A stretch of 64,000 nucleotides of DNA from Candidatus Acidiferrales bacterium (GTDB taxonomy: Bacteria; Chloroflexota; Dormibacteria; Aeolococcales; Aeolococcaceae). Shown piece by piece: positions 61,471 to 64,000 of this stretch. Position 1 is the first letter of the stretch. Every line of letters begins with the position of its first letter. Location: NCBI GenBank assembly GCA_035534435.1, contig DATLRX010000057.1:515-64514 (forward strand), read 5' to 3'. The notes under the pieces were generated by a model that saw only the letters and a program-made list of their open reading frames with translations, ran no database searches and was not told the DNA's origin. The position numbers and the translations under genes were made by a program.

Positions 61471-62646
61471 ATGCCAAGCAACGCGGCCGGCGCGCCGGCC
61501 GTCGTCGTCATGCTCGCGTTGCTGGTGGCATGCGGCACTCCCTCGGTCACGCCGACGACAGTGCCCGCGAGCCCGACGGCCTCCGCCTCACCGATGCCGA
61601 CGCCGACACCCGACACCTGCTCGAACGCCGGCATGCTGGCCACCTGGAGCCCCACCCAGCTCGCCGAGCAGACGCTGGTGATCCCGGTGAGCGAGACCGA
61701 CGTGACGTCGATCACGCCCGAGGTGGAGGCGGGCGCGGGCGGCATCATCCTCTTCGGGTCCACCGCGCCGGCCAACCTCGGCGAGGTGCTGAGAACACTC
61801 GCTGCGACAGCGCCCGGCGGCATCGCCCCGCTCGTGATGACCGACGAGGAGGGCGGCGCCGTGCAGCGGATGGCCAATCTCGTGGGGTCGATCCCCTCGG
61901 CCCGATCGATGGGCGCGACCATGACCCCCGCGCAGATTCAGTCGCTGGTCACAAGCAGCGCGAAGAAGATGCGGGCAGCGGGGATCACGATGGACCTCGC
62001 GCCGGTCCTCGACCTCGACAACGGGAACGGACCGAACAACCTGGATCCCGACGGCACGAGGTCGTTCAGCCTCAACGCGAACACAACGACGGCGGACGCC
62101 CAGGCCTTCGCGGCAGGACTCGCCGCCGGCGGCATCATCCCGGTCATCAAGCACTTCCCCGGGCTCGGGCAGGCATCGGCGAACACCGACGTGAAACCGG
62201 CCACGACCTTGCCGTGGACGACGCTCGAAGGAGCTGGACTCCTGCCGTTCAAGTCCGCCATCTCCGCGGGCGCCCCCGCCGTGATGATCGCCAACGCCGT
62301 CGTTCCGGGACTGACCACGCTCCCTGCCAGCATCTCCCCGAACGCGATCACCGGCGAGCTGCGCGACCAGCTCGGCTTTCAGGGACTCGTCATGACGGAT
62401 TCGCTCTCGGCCGGAGCGCTGGTGGACATCGGCTACACCGTGCCGAAAGCCGTCGTCGCCGCGATCGCCGCCGGTGCGGACATGGTGCTGTACACGGCCG
62501 CCGCGGCGAGCGTCGCGTCGCTGACCACGAGCACCGTCGCGGCGTTGGTCGCCGCGGTCGGCGCCGGAACGCTCGATCGCAGCCGGCTGGAGAACGCGGT
62601 GGTGCACGTGCTCGCAGCCAAGGACGTGGATCTCTGCGCGGGCTGA
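61471..62646 (+). CDS. glycoside hydrolase family 3 lipoprotein (NagZ-like beta-N-acetylhexosaminidase)
   Basis: ATG 61471 in ORF 61405..62646(+). Lipobox LLVACG; MTDEEGG, VIKHFPGLGQA, GLVMTDSLS (nucleophile Asp). Confidence 0.82.
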   Translation: MPSNAAGAPAVVVMLALLVACGTPSVTPTTVPASPTASASPMPTPTPDTCSNAGMLATWSPTQLAEQTLVIPVSETDVTSITPEVEAGAGGIILFGSTAPANLGEVLRTLAATAPGGIAPLVMTDEEGGAVQRMANLVGSIPSARSMGATMTPAQIQSLVTSSAKKMRAAGITMDLAPVLDLDNGNGPNNLDPDGTRSFSLNANTTTADAQAFAAGLAAGGIIPVIKHFPGLGQASANTDVKPATTLPWTTLEGAGLLPFKSAISAGAPAVMIANAVVPGLTTLPASISPNAITGELRDQLGFQGLVMTDSLSAGALVDIGYTVPKAVVAAIAAGADMVLYTAAAASVASLTTSTVAALVAAVGAGTLDRSRLENAVVHVLAAKDVDLCAG

Positions 62647-62653
62647 CGCGCGG

Positions 62654-63529
62654 TCAGCTGTTGGTCTCGTCCGGCGGGAACAGCGCGGGATCCGGGAACT
62701 CGGCGGCCGGAGCATCGACCTCCTCGCGCTCCGGACACGTGGCGTCGAGCGTGTACGAGGTCATGGACAGCGAGCCGAACGTGTAACCGTCGACGAGCAC
62801 ATCCAGCGTCTGCCCGCCGGCACCTGCCGCACCCGCGAGGTACAGCAGCGGCAGGAAATGATCCGGGGTCGGCACGGCGAGACGGAACTCCGGGCGGGCA
62901 TCGACGGTGAGCACGTCGGTCGGTGTCTCGAGCATCTTCTCGCGCACCGCGCCGTCGAAACGCTCGGCCCAGTCGAACGCCCCATCGGGATTGGCGAAGT
63001 CCATGCCGCCGAGGTTGTGCACCACGTTGCCGCTGCTCAGCAGGAGGACGCCGGCATCGCGCAGCGGCGCGAGCCTCGCCCCGAGGTCGAGGTGGTAGTC
63101 GAACGGCTTGGCGGCGTTGATGGACAGTTGCACCACTGGGATATCGGCGTCGGGAAACGCATGGGCGAGCACCGACCACGTGCCGTGATCGATTCCCCAG
63201 CTGTCGTGGTCGAGTCCAACCCACACGGGTTTCGCGATCTCCGCCACCTCCTCGGCGAAGCTCGTCGAACCGGGCGCGGGGTACTGGAAGTCGAACAGCG
63301 CCTGTGGGAAACCGTAGAAGTCATGGATGGTGCGGGGCGAGGGCATCGCGGTCACCGCAGTCGAGCCGATGTACCAGTGCGCGGAGATCGCCAGGATCGC
63401 GCGCGGGCGGGGAACCGATCTGCCGAACGACGCCCATGCCGCGGTGTATCGATTCTGCTCGAGCGTGTTCATCGGACTGCCGTGTCCGAGGAACACCGCG
63501 GGCATCGGAGCTGCGGTCATCGCATGCAT
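62654..63529 (-). CDS. 4,5-DOPA dioxygenase extradiol-like (YgiD/LigB family)
   Basis: ATG 63529 or 63520 in ORF 62654..63775(-). PAVFLGHGSPMN, ISAHW, IDHGTWSVL, GNVVHNL. Confidence 0.82.
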   Translation of the reverse strand: MHAMTAAPMPAVFLGHGSPMNTLEQNRYTAAWASFGRSVPRPRAILAISAHWYIGSTAVTAMPSPRTIHDFYGFPQALFDFQYPAPGSTSFAEEVAEIAKPVWVGLDHDSWGIDHGTWSVLAHAFPDADIPVVQLSINAAKPFDYHLDLGARLAPLRDAGVLLLSSGNVVHNLGGMDFANPDGAFDWAERFDGAVREKMLETPTDVLTVDARPEFRLAVPTPDHFLPLLYLAGAAGAGGQTLDVLVDGYTFGSLSMTSYTLDATCPEREEVDAPAAEFPDPALFPPDETNS

Positions 63530-63549
63530 CCTACCCGCGCGCCGGGCAA

Positions 63550-63984
63550 TCAGCTCCCGGAACGCTCGAAGGTGAGTCCCATCCCGCCCTCGGAGATCGT
63601 CAACGTCGTGCCCGAGATCCACGCCTGGCCGACGTTGGCATGTCCCGCGATTCCCGCATGGAGCTGTCCCTGCGCGTCGACCGACCAGCGACCGGTGGTT
63701 CGACGCCCGTTCGGCGCCGTGGACGTCGCGGTCCCATCCGCCGCGAAGGTGACGGTCATGAACGCGCTCGTCCATGTGCCGACGATCGCGTCTGTGAGCG
63801 GACGCGCATCACGTTGTTCCGTCGGCGGTTCCACAGCGTTCTGGCGCATCTGCGCCTGAAACTGCGATGCCATGGCGGCCATGTTCGCTCGCATCTCGGC
63901 ACGCGAGGTCTCGTCATGACCGTGATGTGTGAGCAGGTCCTGGACCATGCTCTGTGCGCTCGCAGGCGTGAGCGCCGGCATCAC
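63550..63984 (-). CDS. hypothetical protein
   Basis: 144 aa. Met/Gln/Ala-rich helical N-part, then IVGTWTS..TVTFAADGTAT..GRWSVDAQGQLH (lipocalin-like beta pattern). The start is near the window edge, so the true N-terminus may lie outside. Confidence 0.45.
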   Translation of the reverse strand: MMPALTPASAQSMVQDLLTHHGHDETSRAEMRANMAAMASQFQAQMRQNAVEPPTEQRDARPLTDAIVGTWTSAFMTVTFAADGTATSTAPNGRRTTGRWSVDAQGQLHAGIAGHANVGQAWISGTTLTISEGGMGLTFERSGS

Positions 63985-64000
63985 GGGGTCCGGCAGATGC

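Noticed and set aside
1-64000. CRISPR arrays, IS elements, integrases, prophage genes, rRNA/tRNA genes, long direct repeats
   Set aside because: I scanned the intergenic gaps and the ORF translations and found no repeat-spacer periodicity, no transposase, recombinase or phage-structural motifs, and no gap large enough for rRNA. Absence is by eye only; tRNAscan, Infernal and a repeat finder would be needed to be certain.

Overview
High-GC (roughly 70% by eye) chromosomal segment that looks like Actinomycetota. Supporting signs: a mycothiol-dependent DinB-type enzyme, an LLM-class oxidoreductase, a HisN-type phosphatase, a full menaquinone cluster, lipoprotein lipoboxes, many 4-nt ATGA/GTGA gene overlaps and several leaderless-looking starts. 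I call about 68 tightly packed protein genes. I saw no rRNA, tRNA, CRISPR array, transposase, integrase or prophage signature.

Content, left to right:
- a trpD / zinc-ribbon / rnhA / DUF1028 chain
- hydrolases, Lon protease and a soluble two-HKD PLD-like protein
- an NrtR-like Nudix regulator
- a three-gene thiol-redox operon that includes a Grx-TrxR fusion
- a PadR plus DrrAB-like efflux unit
- an orphan receiver domain and an MFS exporter
- a nuclease-helicase module facing a divergent GNAT and WYL regulator
- msrB-recQ and msrA
- a Tro-like metal ABC operon
- a hisA-like/hisN pair
- menE, menB-A-C-D, menF and menG
- a MacB/FtsX-type ABC pair
- a NiCoT / Fur-family / CDF metal island
- azlCD, a MetE-family enzyme, TauE, LLM, GH3 and a DOPA-dioxygenase-like protein

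Best candidate for an undescribed system is 21885-27911. It is a start/stop-coupled operon of a small ORF, a 1156-aa Cas4-like nuclease + DEDD-like exonuclease + SF1B helicase, and a DinB/ClbS-like-TPR protein. It faces a GNAT-WYL regulator pair across a perfect 9-2-9 palindrome.

Second oddity: recQ has no canonical start codon and lies in frame with msrB, separated by a single TGA.

All calls come from reading the translations and DNA. No database search was run, so family names are recognition-based.
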